From an uncultured Candidatus Kuenenia sp. (GTDB lineage Bacteria; Planctomycetota; Planctomycetia; Pirellulales; UBA1268), in contig CAZJHQ010000003.1 of the NCBI GenBank assembly GCA_964545915.1, forward strand, positions 25,582 to 89,581: a DNA stretch of 64,000 bases, written 5' to 3'. The translations under genes and the position numbers were made by a program. Within the stretch, counting starts at the first letter, position 1. Each line of letters opens with the position of its first letter. The notes under the pieces were generated by a model that did not search any database, had not been told where the DNA came from, and saw nothing but the letters and a program-made list of their open reading frames with translations. This document shows positions 24,970 through 33,356 of the stretch, piece by piece.

Positions 24970-26814
24970 ATGCGAACCATCCTGACCCCCGCGGTGGCAG
25001 CAGCCATGACCCTGGCCGTCGTGGCCATGCCCGCCCGGGCGGCCGCCAACGACCTGCTCTGGGACGGCCTGTTCGCCGATGGAAGCCGGGTTTCCGGCAC
25101 GATCGCCGGATGGAACACGCCGGCCTCGCAGCCGCAGATCGACGGCAAGCCGATGTTCGACGCCGCCAACCCCGTGCGGTGGGTCGTGCGGCAGCGGCCG
25201 CCCACATCGACGCCCTTCCGCCAGCCGTTCGTCGAGCTCGCCTGCGGCGATCGGCTCCCGGGCCTGGTCGAAGGCCACGTGAGCGGTCTCGATGACTGGC
25301 GCCGCACGACGCGGCCGCACCTGCTCGTGCAGCCGCTCTCGTCTGTCGACCTTCCCGGAAAAAAGCCGCGGCCGCATGTCCGTGTGGCGAGCGAGTTCGT
25401 CCGCAGGATCGTGCTTGTGCCGCGGCGCGGCCGGCCCCTGCCCCCCGCCGCGATCCTCACGCGGGATGGCCGCGAGGTCGGATTTCGGTCGCTGCGGTTC
25501 GTCGGCGCGGGCGTGATCATTCTCGTCGATGGCGGTCCTCAGCGGCTCTCGTTCGACGAGATCGCCGAGATCCGTCTGGCAGACCGCGATCCGTGGGAGA
25601 TGTATGCGCGAATGGTCGCGTGGCTTGCGCCGCAGCCCGCGACATCGCCGGCCGATGCGGCGGCGGCCCGGCTCATGCGTGCCGAAACCGACGACGGTCT
25701 CGTGGCCACCACGGCCGTCGATCCGCTGCACGGCACGGGCGACCCGAGGAACCAGCGATCCTGGCACATCCTTGCCCAGCCCGCCTGGAGTCTCGACCCG
25801 CTCTGGCTGCCGCATGCAGGCGTGCGGCGGCGGATCGTCTTTTCGGCGACCGAGGTGCCGCTTTCGCTCGTCGAGCCGACGGCGGTCGATCGCAAGGCCA
25901 CCTTCGGTGGCAGCTGGACATGGGAGATCGATCGCAACGTGCAGGGCGGACCGCTGTCCGCCAAGGGGCTCCCCTACGGCTGGGGATTCGGCACGCAGGC
26001 CACCTCGGTGATGACGTTTTGCCTGCCCCCGTTCGCGACGGCGTTTCGCGCCGGCGCCGCCCTCGACGACGCGGCCGGCTCCGGCGGCTGCGTGAAGGCG
26101 TCGGTGCATCTCGGCGACGCGGCCGCGAAGCCGCTCTGGCAGAGCGACTTTCTCGTCGGCACTCGGGAACCCGCGGATACGGGGAGCCTCGCGATGCCCC
26201 CCGCGGCCACCGCCGCTGCCGGCCCGCGGATGCTCGTGCTCGTCGCCGACGCCGCCCACGAGGGCCGGCCCCGGGATGCCGACCCCGATGACATTCGCGA
26301 TGTCTTCGACTGGCTCGATCCGGTGGTGTCGCTCGCTCCGGAAGGCCTCGCCGCCGCGGTCCGTGACCGGCTGCCCGCCACGATGGCCCCGTGGCGCGAC
26401 TGGGAGATCGTGGGGCAGCCCACGATCCGCACGCTCGTCGATCCGCTGTCGGCCCGCGAGTCGCCGCACACGCTCCGGCAGTCGCTCGCTGCCGGAGCCG
26501 AGACCGTGCTCCGCCGCAAGCTCGAGGTTTCCAAGGAAACCACGCACCTCGTCGTCGGGGTGAGCCGCACCGCAGCGTCGGCGAGCCGCATCGAAATCCG
26601 CATCGACGGCGAGGCGGTGGCCGAGGCCGACGTGCCCGAGCGGAAGGCCGGCCCGGCCGTGCTGCCGTTCGTCGTGCCGCTCGAGCGTTACGTCGGCCGG
26701 AGCATCCTCGTCGAGGTCGCCCATCGCGGCAGCGACGACCAGAGCTTCGTCGAGTGGGCCGCCCTCGGCCCGACGAGTGCGCCCGAGGCCCGCGCCGCGT
26801 CCCCCTCGAAGTGA
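24970..26814 (+). CDS. secreted hypothetical protein, possible NPCBM-like carbohydrate-binding module
   Basis: Signal peptide MRTILTPAVAAAMTLAVVAMPARAAA. The central GLPYGWGFGTQATSVMTFCLP...GGCVKASVHLGD resembles NPCBM/NEW2 modules (weak). Confidence 0.65.
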   Translation: MRTILTPAVAAAMTLAVVAMPARAAANDLLWDGLFADGSRVSGTIAGWNTPASQPQIDGKPMFDAANPVRWVVRQRPPTSTPFRQPFVELACGDRLPGLVEGHVSGLDDWRRTTRPHLLVQPLSSVDLPGKKPRPHVRVASEFVRRIVLVPRRGRPLPPAAILTRDGREVGFRSLRFVGAGVIILVDGGPQRLSFDEIAEIRLADRDPWEMYARMVAWLAPQPATSPADAAAARLMRAETDDGLVATTAVDPLHGTGDPRNQRSWHILAQPAWSLDPLWLPHAGVRRRIVFSATEVPLSLVEPTAVDRKATFGGSWTWEIDRNVQGGPLSAKGLPYGWGFGTQATSVMTFCLPPFATAFRAGAALDDAAGSGGCVKASVHLGDAAAKPLWQSDFLVGTREPADTGSLAMPPAATAAAGPRMLVLVADAAHEGRPRDADPDDIRDVFDWLDPVVSLAPEGLAAAVRDRLPATMAPWRDWEIVGQPTIRTLVDPLSARESPHTLRQSLAAGAETVLRRKLEVSKETTHLVVGVSRTAASASRIEIRIDGEAVAEADVPERKAGPAVLPFVVPLERYVGRSILVEVAHRGSDDQSFVEWAALGPTSAPEARAASPSK

Positions 26815-26828
26815 CCCGAGCCCGCAGG

Positions 26829-27458
26829 ATGCCCGGCGTGCCACCAACTCCCGACAACCCGATGCTCGTGAGCGAGGCCGCGGATGACGCGCGGCTCCTG
26901 GCCGCGGCGCAGCGGGGCGACCATGCCGCCTTCACCGCGATCATCGAGCGGCACGCCCGCCTCGTCCACGGCTACCTGCGGGCCCGCCTCGCGCGGCTGG
27001 CGGATGCCGAGGATCTCGGTCAGGAGGTCTTCCTGCGGGTCTACACCGCGAAGGCGGTGCCACGGGAGGGCGCGGGCGTGGCGATGCGGCCATGGCTGAT
27101 CGGCATCGCCCGCAACGTGCTCCGCGAGCACGCCCGCTCCACGCGGCGCCGGCGGGAGTCGGCATGGACGGAGCTCTGCCTCGACATCGAGGATCTCGCA
27201 GGCTCCGGAGCGGGCGACGACGGCACGTTCGACGACGTGATGGGGAAGCTGCCCCGCTGCCTCGAGGCGCTCGGCCCCAGCGCCCGGCAGGCGCTCGACC
27301 TCTACTACCACGACGACCTGCGGATGCAGGAGATTGCGACGCGGTTCAAGCGGAGCGAGGGGGCGGTGAAGCTGCTCGTGCATCGGGCGCGGCAGGCCGT
27401 GAGGCGGTGTCTCGAGAGCGGGCAGGCCGTGGCGGCCGAAGGTGGAGAGGAGGCATGA
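26829..27458 (+). CDS. ECF-type RNA polymerase sigma factor
   Basis: Region 2 AEDLGQEVFLRVY; region 4 RMQEIATRFKRSEGAVKLLVHRARQAV. Confidence 0.85.
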   Translation: MPGVPPTPDNPMLVSEAADDARLLAAAQRGDHAAFTAIIERHARLVHGYLRARLARLADAEDLGQEVFLRVYTAKAVPREGAGVAMRPWLIGIARNVLREHARSTRRRRESAWTELCLDIEDLAGSGAGDDGTFDDVMGKLPRCLEALGPSARQALDLYYHDDLRMQEIATRFKRSEGAVKLLVHRARQAVRRCLESGQAVAAEGGEEA

Positions 27459-30400
27459 CCATGACCGACGACGAACTGCGGAAGCTCATCGAGGAGAAGT
27501 CGCCCGCCGACCTCACGCCCGAGGAGTGCGCGGCCCTCCGAGCGGCGATCCGCAGGTCGCCGCAACTGTTGCGTGACGTGGCCGATCGGATCGAGATCGA
27601 GGAGTACCTCGCGCGGGCGCTCGGCCGGCCGCAGGTGACGGTGGAGCGGGTGCTCGCCAGGCTTTCCGCGCGGCGTTCGTGGTCCGGCGGCGCGTGGACG
27701 CGGTATGGCCTCGTCGTCTGCGGTGTGGTCGCGGCGGTGCTCGGGGCCCTCGTCGCGAGCCGCGGCTGGCGGGATCGACCGCCGCCGCAGGAGCTGACGC
27801 GGAGCGAGGCCCAAGCACCACCGGCCGCTCCGATCGAGCAGACGGTCGCGGCGAAGCAGAACGCCGAGCAGCGCAAGACGGCGGCCGTGGCTGCCGAGCC
27901 GGCGGCCGCGGACGCCGCCGCCCCGCCACCGCCGGCCGACATGGTCGTCGAGCCGACAGCGGCTGCCCCGCCGCTCCGTGAGGTCGGCCTCTTCGAGCCG
28001 CCGGGGGCCGATGACGCGACGCCCGACGACAAATCGCTTGCCCGTTGGTTCGCCGCGGTCAAGAACCTGCCGCTGAAGCTGTCGTCGCAGCCAATCGACC
28101 GCAATCCCTGCGGCCGGCTCGAAGGGATCGCACGGCTGCGGCAGCCGCTTGTGGAGGGGGCGGCGCTGCGGATGAACTCACCCGACTTCACGGGCCTGCG
28201 GATCCACGTCTGGAGCGGGGAAAAGGGGATTTCATTCGACGCCTTTGCGAGGCCGCTGCAGTGGCAGGTCTACGCGACCGTGCGATCCGGGAGCGGGCCG
28301 CTCCCCACGGGCTATGTCACGCTCGGCCGCGACGACGGCCGGATGATCCGCACGAATCCCGTCGGCTTTCACGGGCTCGAGCTGTGGTACGCCGACGGCC
28401 TGGTGACCCTGGCCCGTGGCGACGTCCGGCTCGTCGAGGCTCCGCTCGATGCCCCGCCGACCGACATCGTCTTCGAAGGGGCCGTGACGTTTCGCGACCT
28501 GAGCCTCGTCGCCGCCGTGCCGATCCCGCCACTGCGAGAAGCCGCGGAGCGGCCTGCGGCCGACCTGCTCGCTGCCGCCCGCGAAAGATGGGTCCGCGGC
28601 GGTGATCCATCCGCGACGTTCACGCTGCGCGACGATGGCAGCGCGGCGCTCGCCGTCAAGGAAAACAAGCAGCCTGCCTGGGCGCTGCTGCCGCTGCCGA
28701 AATCGACCGGCCTGCGGGAGATCGTCGTGCGGCTCGAAGGCCTGATGCCCGGCACGGGGCTCGTCTTCGGTGACGGCGGCGTCAAGCAGCAATCGGTGCT
28801 CATGGTTGTCGCCAACAGGAACCTGCCGGGCGTGTTGCAGCTCCAGCGGATGCCGCCAAACAATGCAGCGATCGAGTCGGCGGAACAAATCACCTCCCAG
28901 CCGCTCGTGTTGGTCAAGGACAGGCTCTGGCTGCGGATTCGCCAGTGCGGCGGTGTGCAGCGGGTCGACATGAGCGAGGACGGCACGCGCTGGTTCGCGA
29001 CCGCCGAGCCGCAGCCCGCCTTCTCGGCGATCGGCCTGTATGCCGTGCCGCACTCCTCCGCCCGGTCGATCACGCTGGCCGCTCTGCAAGAGGCACCGTT
29101 TTCGCGGCTCGAGTCGCTCTGCCCTGCCGACCTCCGCGCGGCCGCCGTCGAACTGCCGCCGCGGGGACCGCTCGCCGCCTGGCTCGCCGCCGCCGATGCG
29201 GCCAAGCCACCGACCGCCGACGCCGACGCATGGCGGCGGTCCTGCGGGCTCGAGGCCCTTTCCGGCAACGCGTCGAAGGACCTCGCGGTCGACCTGCTCG
29301 GGCTGCTCTTCCGCGAGAGCCTCGGCATGGAGATGACCCGCGCGGCACGGCAGGACCTGCTCGACGACATCCTCGCGGTCGCGCCCGTCGTCGACGATCC
29401 GGCCGCCGCGGGCAGGATCGTTTCGCTCTTCGACGACCTCGGGGTACGGATGGCGATGGAAGGGGAGGAGCGGTGCTATTCCGCGATCAGTCACGCGCAA
29501 CTGACGGCGCCGCTTCGCGTCGGCCAGCCATGCGGGGCGTTTTTCGAGCCGCTCGCGCGGCGCGAGATCGTCGGGCTCGTCTGCCGCCGCGAGTGGGACT
29601 CCCTCACCAGCCTCGGGCGGCGGCTGGAGTTTTTCGGCTTTTTCGCGAAGCCGAAAAACGATGCCTTCTTCAACTGGGCTGCCGCCGTCGCTCGGAGCGG
29701 CAGCGAAGGCAGGCCGTGGCTCATCGCCGCGGCAGCGCGACATCCCCTGCTCGTCGCCCCGAGCAAGGAGAGCCTGAGCGTGGAGGCCGAGTTCGAGGCG
29801 GCCCTCGACGGCGACGATCCGCAGGATGCCTTCCGGCTCATCGACGCTGCGGTGGCGGACGGACAGATCGATCTCATGCGGGATCGCCGCGACGCCGATC
29901 TCTTCCTGTCGGTGCCGGCCGCGGTGGCGACGGTGATGCGGGACGAACCCCGGCTCCTGGAGGCGATGCGGCAGGACCGCGAGCGGGTCGCCGGCCTTCG
30001 CCTGCTCGAGGCGACGGCCGCCGCCGACGAGGCGATCGTGGAGGCGACGACCGTGCAGTTCCACGGAACCGGCGCCGCGGCGCAGGCCCACGTCTGGCTC
30101 GGCGACCGGAGCATGGCCGCCGGCCGGTTCGTGGCCGCCCGGCGACACTACGAGGCGGCCTTGGCCTCGATGCCCGAAGACGACGGCCCGCAGCGGAATC
30201 GGACAATCGTCGCCATCAATCTGGCACGCAAGCTCGCCGCGGCGCTGGTGGCATCCGCGGCTGCGAGGGGGCCATCGATCGTGCAGGCGGCCACCATCAC
30301 GGCCACGCTCCAGGCGCGTCTCGAGGGGGACGTTGGCGGCAATCCCGCCAGACTTCCGCCACCGCTTTCGCAAGGGGGCGTGGACTGGCCGCCGCACGCG

Positions 30401-31537
30401 ATCGACTGGGCTGCCAGGCAAATCGCCGTCCTGCCGCTCGACGACCGGCTGCTCGTCTCGAACCAGTTCCAGCTGGCGAGTCACGACCCCGAGACCGGTG
30501 CCGTGCAATGGCGGGCCGGCCTCGGTGGCGACGCGGCGGGCGCCCACGACTGGCACGGCCAGGCCATGCGGCCATGCGTCGATGCCACGCGGGTCTACGT
30601 GCGTCGGCTCCGCAAGGCGGGGCCGGCGGTCGCGGCCATCGACCGGGCCGACGGGGCCGTCGTCTGGGAGCTGCCATCGACGCACGATCGGCAGTTCGTG
30701 TCGGATCCGTTGCCGGGCGACGGCGGCACGCTTGCGATCTGCCTTTCACGCAGGGTGGAAGACTCCTTCGTGCTGGCGATCGTGTTGCTCGACGCCGCCA
30801 CCGGGAGCGTGCTCCGCGAGACCCCGCTGGCGACGTTCGCCGGCGGGGTCCGGTGCCAGATCGCCGAGATCGACGGTGGCTTCGCCATCACGGGCGGCGG
30901 TGCGGTCATCGCCTGCGACGAGCGGGGGCGGCTGCGGTGGGTGCGCCGTGAGCCCTGGCTTCCGCCGCCGGCCGACGGGTTTTCGACGCTCGTGGCCCAT
31001 GCGCCGATCGTTGCTCAAGACGGCCGCATGTATGTCGTGCAGCCGGGCGTGCCGGGGGTCGTCGCCGTCGAGGCCGCGAGTGGCCGAGTGCTTTGGAGGC
31101 TCGGCGACGTCGCCGTGAGTCGTCTGCGGGGAATCTCGCGGGGGCGGCTGGTCGTCGAGCGGATCGGAAAGACGCTGGCAGCGGGATCGACGGAGTCGGG
31201 CCATGCCGACCTCGTCGGAGTCGATGCGGCGACGGGCAAGGTGGCGTGGCGGTACGGCCCGGCCGATCTGCTCGACGCGAGCCTCGTCGCCGATGTGGGG
31301 GTGCTCGCGGCGGTGCGGGAGCCGGTGGCCGGGAAGAACGCCCGCGTGGCGACGCTCGTGAATCTCGATCCGGCGACCGGCCGGGAGATGGGGCGGTGGC
31401 CGCTGGCGGCCTGCGAGGATCCCCACCCCTTCCTCGGGCCGCTCGTGCCCGCGGCGGCCGGCCTGCGGGTGTTTTTCGGCCGCGGTCCCGCCGAGGCGAC
31501 ACGCGACCTCATGCTGCTCGAGGCTGCCGCGCCGTAA
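27455..31537 (+). CDS. anti-sigma-like single-pass membrane protein with large extracytoplasmic region ending in PQQ-like beta-propeller repeats (1360 aa)
   Basis: ATGA overlap with the sigma gene. TM YGLVVCGVVAAVLGALVA. Repeated motifs GAVQWRAG, GAVVWEL, GRVLWRLG and GKVAWRYG. Confidence 0.75.
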   Translation: MTMTDDELRKLIEEKSPADLTPEECAALRAAIRRSPQLLRDVADRIEIEEYLARALGRPQVTVERVLARLSARRSWSGGAWTRYGLVVCGVVAAVLGALVASRGWRDRPPPQELTRSEAQAPPAAPIEQTVAAKQNAEQRKTAAVAAEPAAADAAAPPPPADMVVEPTAAAPPLREVGLFEPPGADDATPDDKSLARWFAAVKNLPLKLSSQPIDRNPCGRLEGIARLRQPLVEGAALRMNSPDFTGLRIHVWSGEKGISFDAFARPLQWQVYATVRSGSGPLPTGYVTLGRDDGRMIRTNPVGFHGLELWYADGLVTLARGDVRLVEAPLDAPPTDIVFEGAVTFRDLSLVAAVPIPPLREAAERPAADLLAAARERWVRGGDPSATFTLRDDGSAALAVKENKQPAWALLPLPKSTGLREIVVRLEGLMPGTGLVFGDGGVKQQSVLMVVANRNLPGVLQLQRMPPNNAAIESAEQITSQPLVLVKDRLWLRIRQCGGVQRVDMSEDGTRWFATAEPQPAFSAIGLYAVPHSSARSITLAALQEAPFSRLESLCPADLRAAAVELPPRGPLAAWLAAADAAKPPTADADAWRRSCGLEALSGNASKDLAVDLLGLLFRESLGMEMTRAARQDLLDDILAVAPVVDDPAAAGRIVSLFDDLGVRMAMEGEERCYSAISHAQLTAPLRVGQPCGAFFEPLARREIVGLVCRREWDSLTSLGRRLEFFGFFAKPKNDAFFNWAAAVARSGSEGRPWLIAAAARHPLLVAPSKESLSVEAEFEAALDGDDPQDAFRLIDAAVADGQIDLMRDRRDADLFLSVPAAVATVMRDEPRLLEAMRQDRERVAGLRLLEATAAADEAIVEATTVQFHGTGAAAQAHVWLGDRSMAAGRFVAARRHYEAALASMPEDDGPQRNRTIVAINLARKLAAALVASAAARGPSIVQAATITATLQARLEGDVGGNPARLPPPLSQGGVDWPPHAIDWAARQIAVLPLDDRLLVSNQFQLASHDPETGAVQWRAGLGGDAAGAHDWHGQAMRPCVDATRVYVRRLRKAGPAVAAIDRADGAVVWELPSTHDRQFVSDPLPGDGGTLAICLSRRVEDSFVLAIVLLDAATGSVLRETPLATFAGGVRCQIAEIDGGFAITGGGAVIACDERGRLRWVRREPWLPPPADGFSTLVAHAPIVAQDGRMYVVQPGVPGVVAVEAASGRVLWRLGDVAVSRLRGISRGRLVVERIGKTLAAGSTESGHADLVGVDAATGKVAWRYGPADLLDASLVADVGVLAAVREPVAGKNARVATLVNLDPATGREMGRWPLAACEDPHPFLGPLVPAAAGLRVFFGRGPAEATRDLMLLEAAAP

Positions 31538-31549
31538 CCGACCGGCCAA

Positions 31550-31652
31550 GGATAAGACGGTCAACGGCGGTTCCGCAATCGATTCGATGGTGTCGGCCAG
31601 CCTTTGACCGGGCGTGGGGCCGTCGCTGATCCAGTGATTGTGTCCGACGTCG
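31550..31652 (-). repeat. A-type IS91-family terminus, solo copy A1
   Basis: GGATAAGACGGTCAACGGCGGTTCCGCAATCG... is shared with 38136, 53801 and 57826. Starts 12 nt after the stop at 31537. Confidence 0.8.
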
Positions 31653-31696
31653 TCGCAACCTGACGCAAAACAGTCGGGGCGAAGGATAGTCCGAGG

Positions 31697-31729
31697 GATA
31701 GTCCGGCCAATGGCACTCCCGCAACAGGC
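31697..31729 (-). repeat. B-type IS91-family terminus, 33-nt remnant (B5)
   Basis: GGATAGTCCGGCCAATGGCACTCCCGCAACAGG matches the outermost part of the terminus at 38217, 40770 and 45170. Preceded by a partial repeat GGATAGTCCGAG. Confidence 0.7.
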
Positions 31730-31795
31730 GTCAGCCGGAACGCGTGACGGTCGCCAATCCCGCGCGGGCACTCGGCGGGTAGCGAGGCATAGGGT

Positions 31796-32893
31796 TCACG
31801 CCAGGCGGTAGCTCGTGCTCCGGCCGCCGGCAGCGTTTCTGACGAGCAGCCCGCGATCGACGAGGTCGCCGATGTCGCGGAGGGCGGTATCCGTCGAACA
31901 CTTGGCAATCTTCGCATACTTCGACGTTGTCAGGAAACCCTCGAAGCCATCGAGCAGCCTGTTGATCACCCGTTGCTGCCGCTCGTGCACCGGCGGCCCC
32001 TCGTGGATCCGCCGCCATATGGTCGCCTTGCGAAGCACGCCGGACGTGAGCGAATCAGAATGGTCCACCGCCCGCTCGAGGCAGCCGACAAACCAGGTCA
32101 TCCAGGGCGTTATGTCGACATCACCGCGCTGCGTGCGTTCGAGCGTTGTGTAGTAGTCTTTTCGCTCCGCTTCGATGCGGGTCGACATGCTGTAAAAGCG
32201 ATCAGGGCAGCCGTCTCCGCGGGTCAAGAACAGATCGGCCAGCCCACGGGCCAGCCTGCCGTTTCCGTCCTCGAACGGATGAATCGTGACGAACCAGAAG
32301 TGCGCGATCGCGGCCCGGAGCACCGGATCAACGCCGTCGTCGGCGTCGCACCACTCGATGAATCTCGCCATCTCCTCGGGAACCCGCCGTGCGGAGGGCG
32401 CCTCGAAGTGAATCCGCTCCCGGCCAATCGGCCCCGAAACGACCTGCATCGGGTCGGTCTCGACGGGCCGCCACGCGCCGACGGCGATTGGCCGCGTGCC
32501 GCTGTAGCCGACCGGAAAAATCGCCGCGTGCCAGCCGCACAACCGTTGCTCGGTCACGGGCTCCATGGCATTTCTCGTGGCGTCGAGCAATACCTCGACG
32601 ATCCCCTCCACATCGCGATTCGCCCGACGGGCGTTCGCGTGGGGCCGGCCGAGACGACGCGCGATCGAGGAGCGAACGTCCGCCTGGTCGAGCCGCTCCC
32701 CCTCGATGGCCGAACTGCGGACGACGTCGCTCGTGAGCACTTCGACCGAGGCGTCGGCCCGAAGCGCGAATCCCAGCTGCTGCATGCGGCCGAGGAGCAG
32801 CCCCTGTTTGTGCCGCGCTCGAACGAGGCCCGGGGAGACCGCTCCGGCATCCCAGGTGAAGTCTGGCCAACCCTTCTTTTCGTGGACGTACAT
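31796..32893 (-). CDS. Fic family protein (AMPylase-type) with in-cis inhibitory motif and C-terminal winged-helix
   Basis: Active site IHPFEDGNGRLARGL. N-terminal (S/T)xxxE(G/N) motif SSAIEG. Start taken at MYVHEKKGWPDFTW (ATG 32893); the track ORF extends to 32932. Confidence 0.85.
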   Translation of the reverse strand: MYVHEKKGWPDFTWDAGAVSPGLVRARHKQGLLLGRMQQLGFALRADASVEVLTSDVVRSSAIEGERLDQADVRSSIARRLGRPHANARRANRDVEGIVEVLLDATRNAMEPVTEQRLCGWHAAIFPVGYSGTRPIAVGAWRPVETDPMQVVSGPIGRERIHFEAPSARRVPEEMARFIEWCDADDGVDPVLRAAIAHFWFVTIHPFEDGNGRLARGLADLFLTRGDGCPDRFYSMSTRIEAERKDYYTTLERTQRGDVDITPWMTWFVGCLERAVDHSDSLTSGVLRKATIWRRIHEGPPVHERQQRVINRLLDGFEGFLTTSKYAKIAKCSTDTALRDIGDLVDRGLLVRNAAGGRSTSYRLA

Positions 32894-32896
32894 TCT

Positions 32897-32940
32897 ATTC
32901 ACCGCACTTCTTGCGGTGATTATATCCCCCATTCACCGCA
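32897..32940 (-). promoter_or_regulatory. candidate Fic promoter/operator
   Basis: Minus strand reads TGCGGTGAAT-GGGGGA-TATAAT-CACCGCAAGAAGTGCGGTGAATAGA-ATG. It contains a perfect TATAAT (32919-32924), a 7-bp inverted repeat (32900-32906/32912-32918) and a 10-nt direct repeat. Confidence 0.5.
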
Positions 32941-32961
32941 CGGGAAATGGCTGGTTTCAGG

Positions 32962-33125
32962 GGATAGTCCGGCCTATGGCACTTCCGCAACGGTTTTCGG
33001 GCTGAAGAGCGGCTCGGGAGCCTCGGGGAGAGCGGCCTCGGCGTCCTGAGGCGGTTCCCCGAAACACCACTCAAGCCCACTGCGATGGTGATTTTCTCGC
33101 GTCGCGGCTGCTGACGCGGGTGCTC
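32962..33125 (-). repeat. B-type IS91-family terminus, diverged ~165-nt copy (B4)
   Basis: GGATAGTCCGGCCTATGGCACTTCCGCAACGGTTTTCGGGCTGAAGAGCGGCTCGGGAGCC... aligns with 38217-38380 at roughly 80 percent by eye. Confidence 0.7.
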
Positions 33126-33275
33126 ATTGGCTTAACGAGCGGATCGGCTTTCCTCGCGATGCTCGGCGTCGATCCCGCCGCCGGCAAGAACTTCGTGTCC
33201 GTGGACTGGGTGTCGTCGGCGATCGTCCATGCGATGTGCATGCCGGCCGCGCCGCGACGGCAAACCCGAACCAAT

Positions 33276-33353
33276 CAAAACTGTCGAGTAAACTCGACCG
33301 AATCAACTCTGTCGAGCAAACTGGACACAGCAAAACTGTCGAGTAAACTCGAC
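33276..33353 (+). promoter_or_regulatory. three 23-nt direct repeats (iteron/operator-like) upstream of the ATPase gene
   Basis: CAAAACTGTCGAGTAAACTCGAC occurs at 33276 and 33331, with a degenerate copy at 33304. Each contains the palindrome GTCGAG-N4-CTCGAC. The last ends 3 nt before the ATG at 33357. Confidence 0.6.
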
Positions 33354-33356
33354 GGA

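Noticed and set aside
33120-33356. N-terminal 79 codons of the 474-aa ORF; possible remnant of an SDR/thioester-reductase C-terminus (VSVDWVSSAIVHAM)
   Set aside because: The similarity is a single short motif. The stretch spans an IS terminus remnant and the iteron-like repeats. The ATPase family normally starts near the MDSAAF position. There is too little evidence to call a pseudogene.
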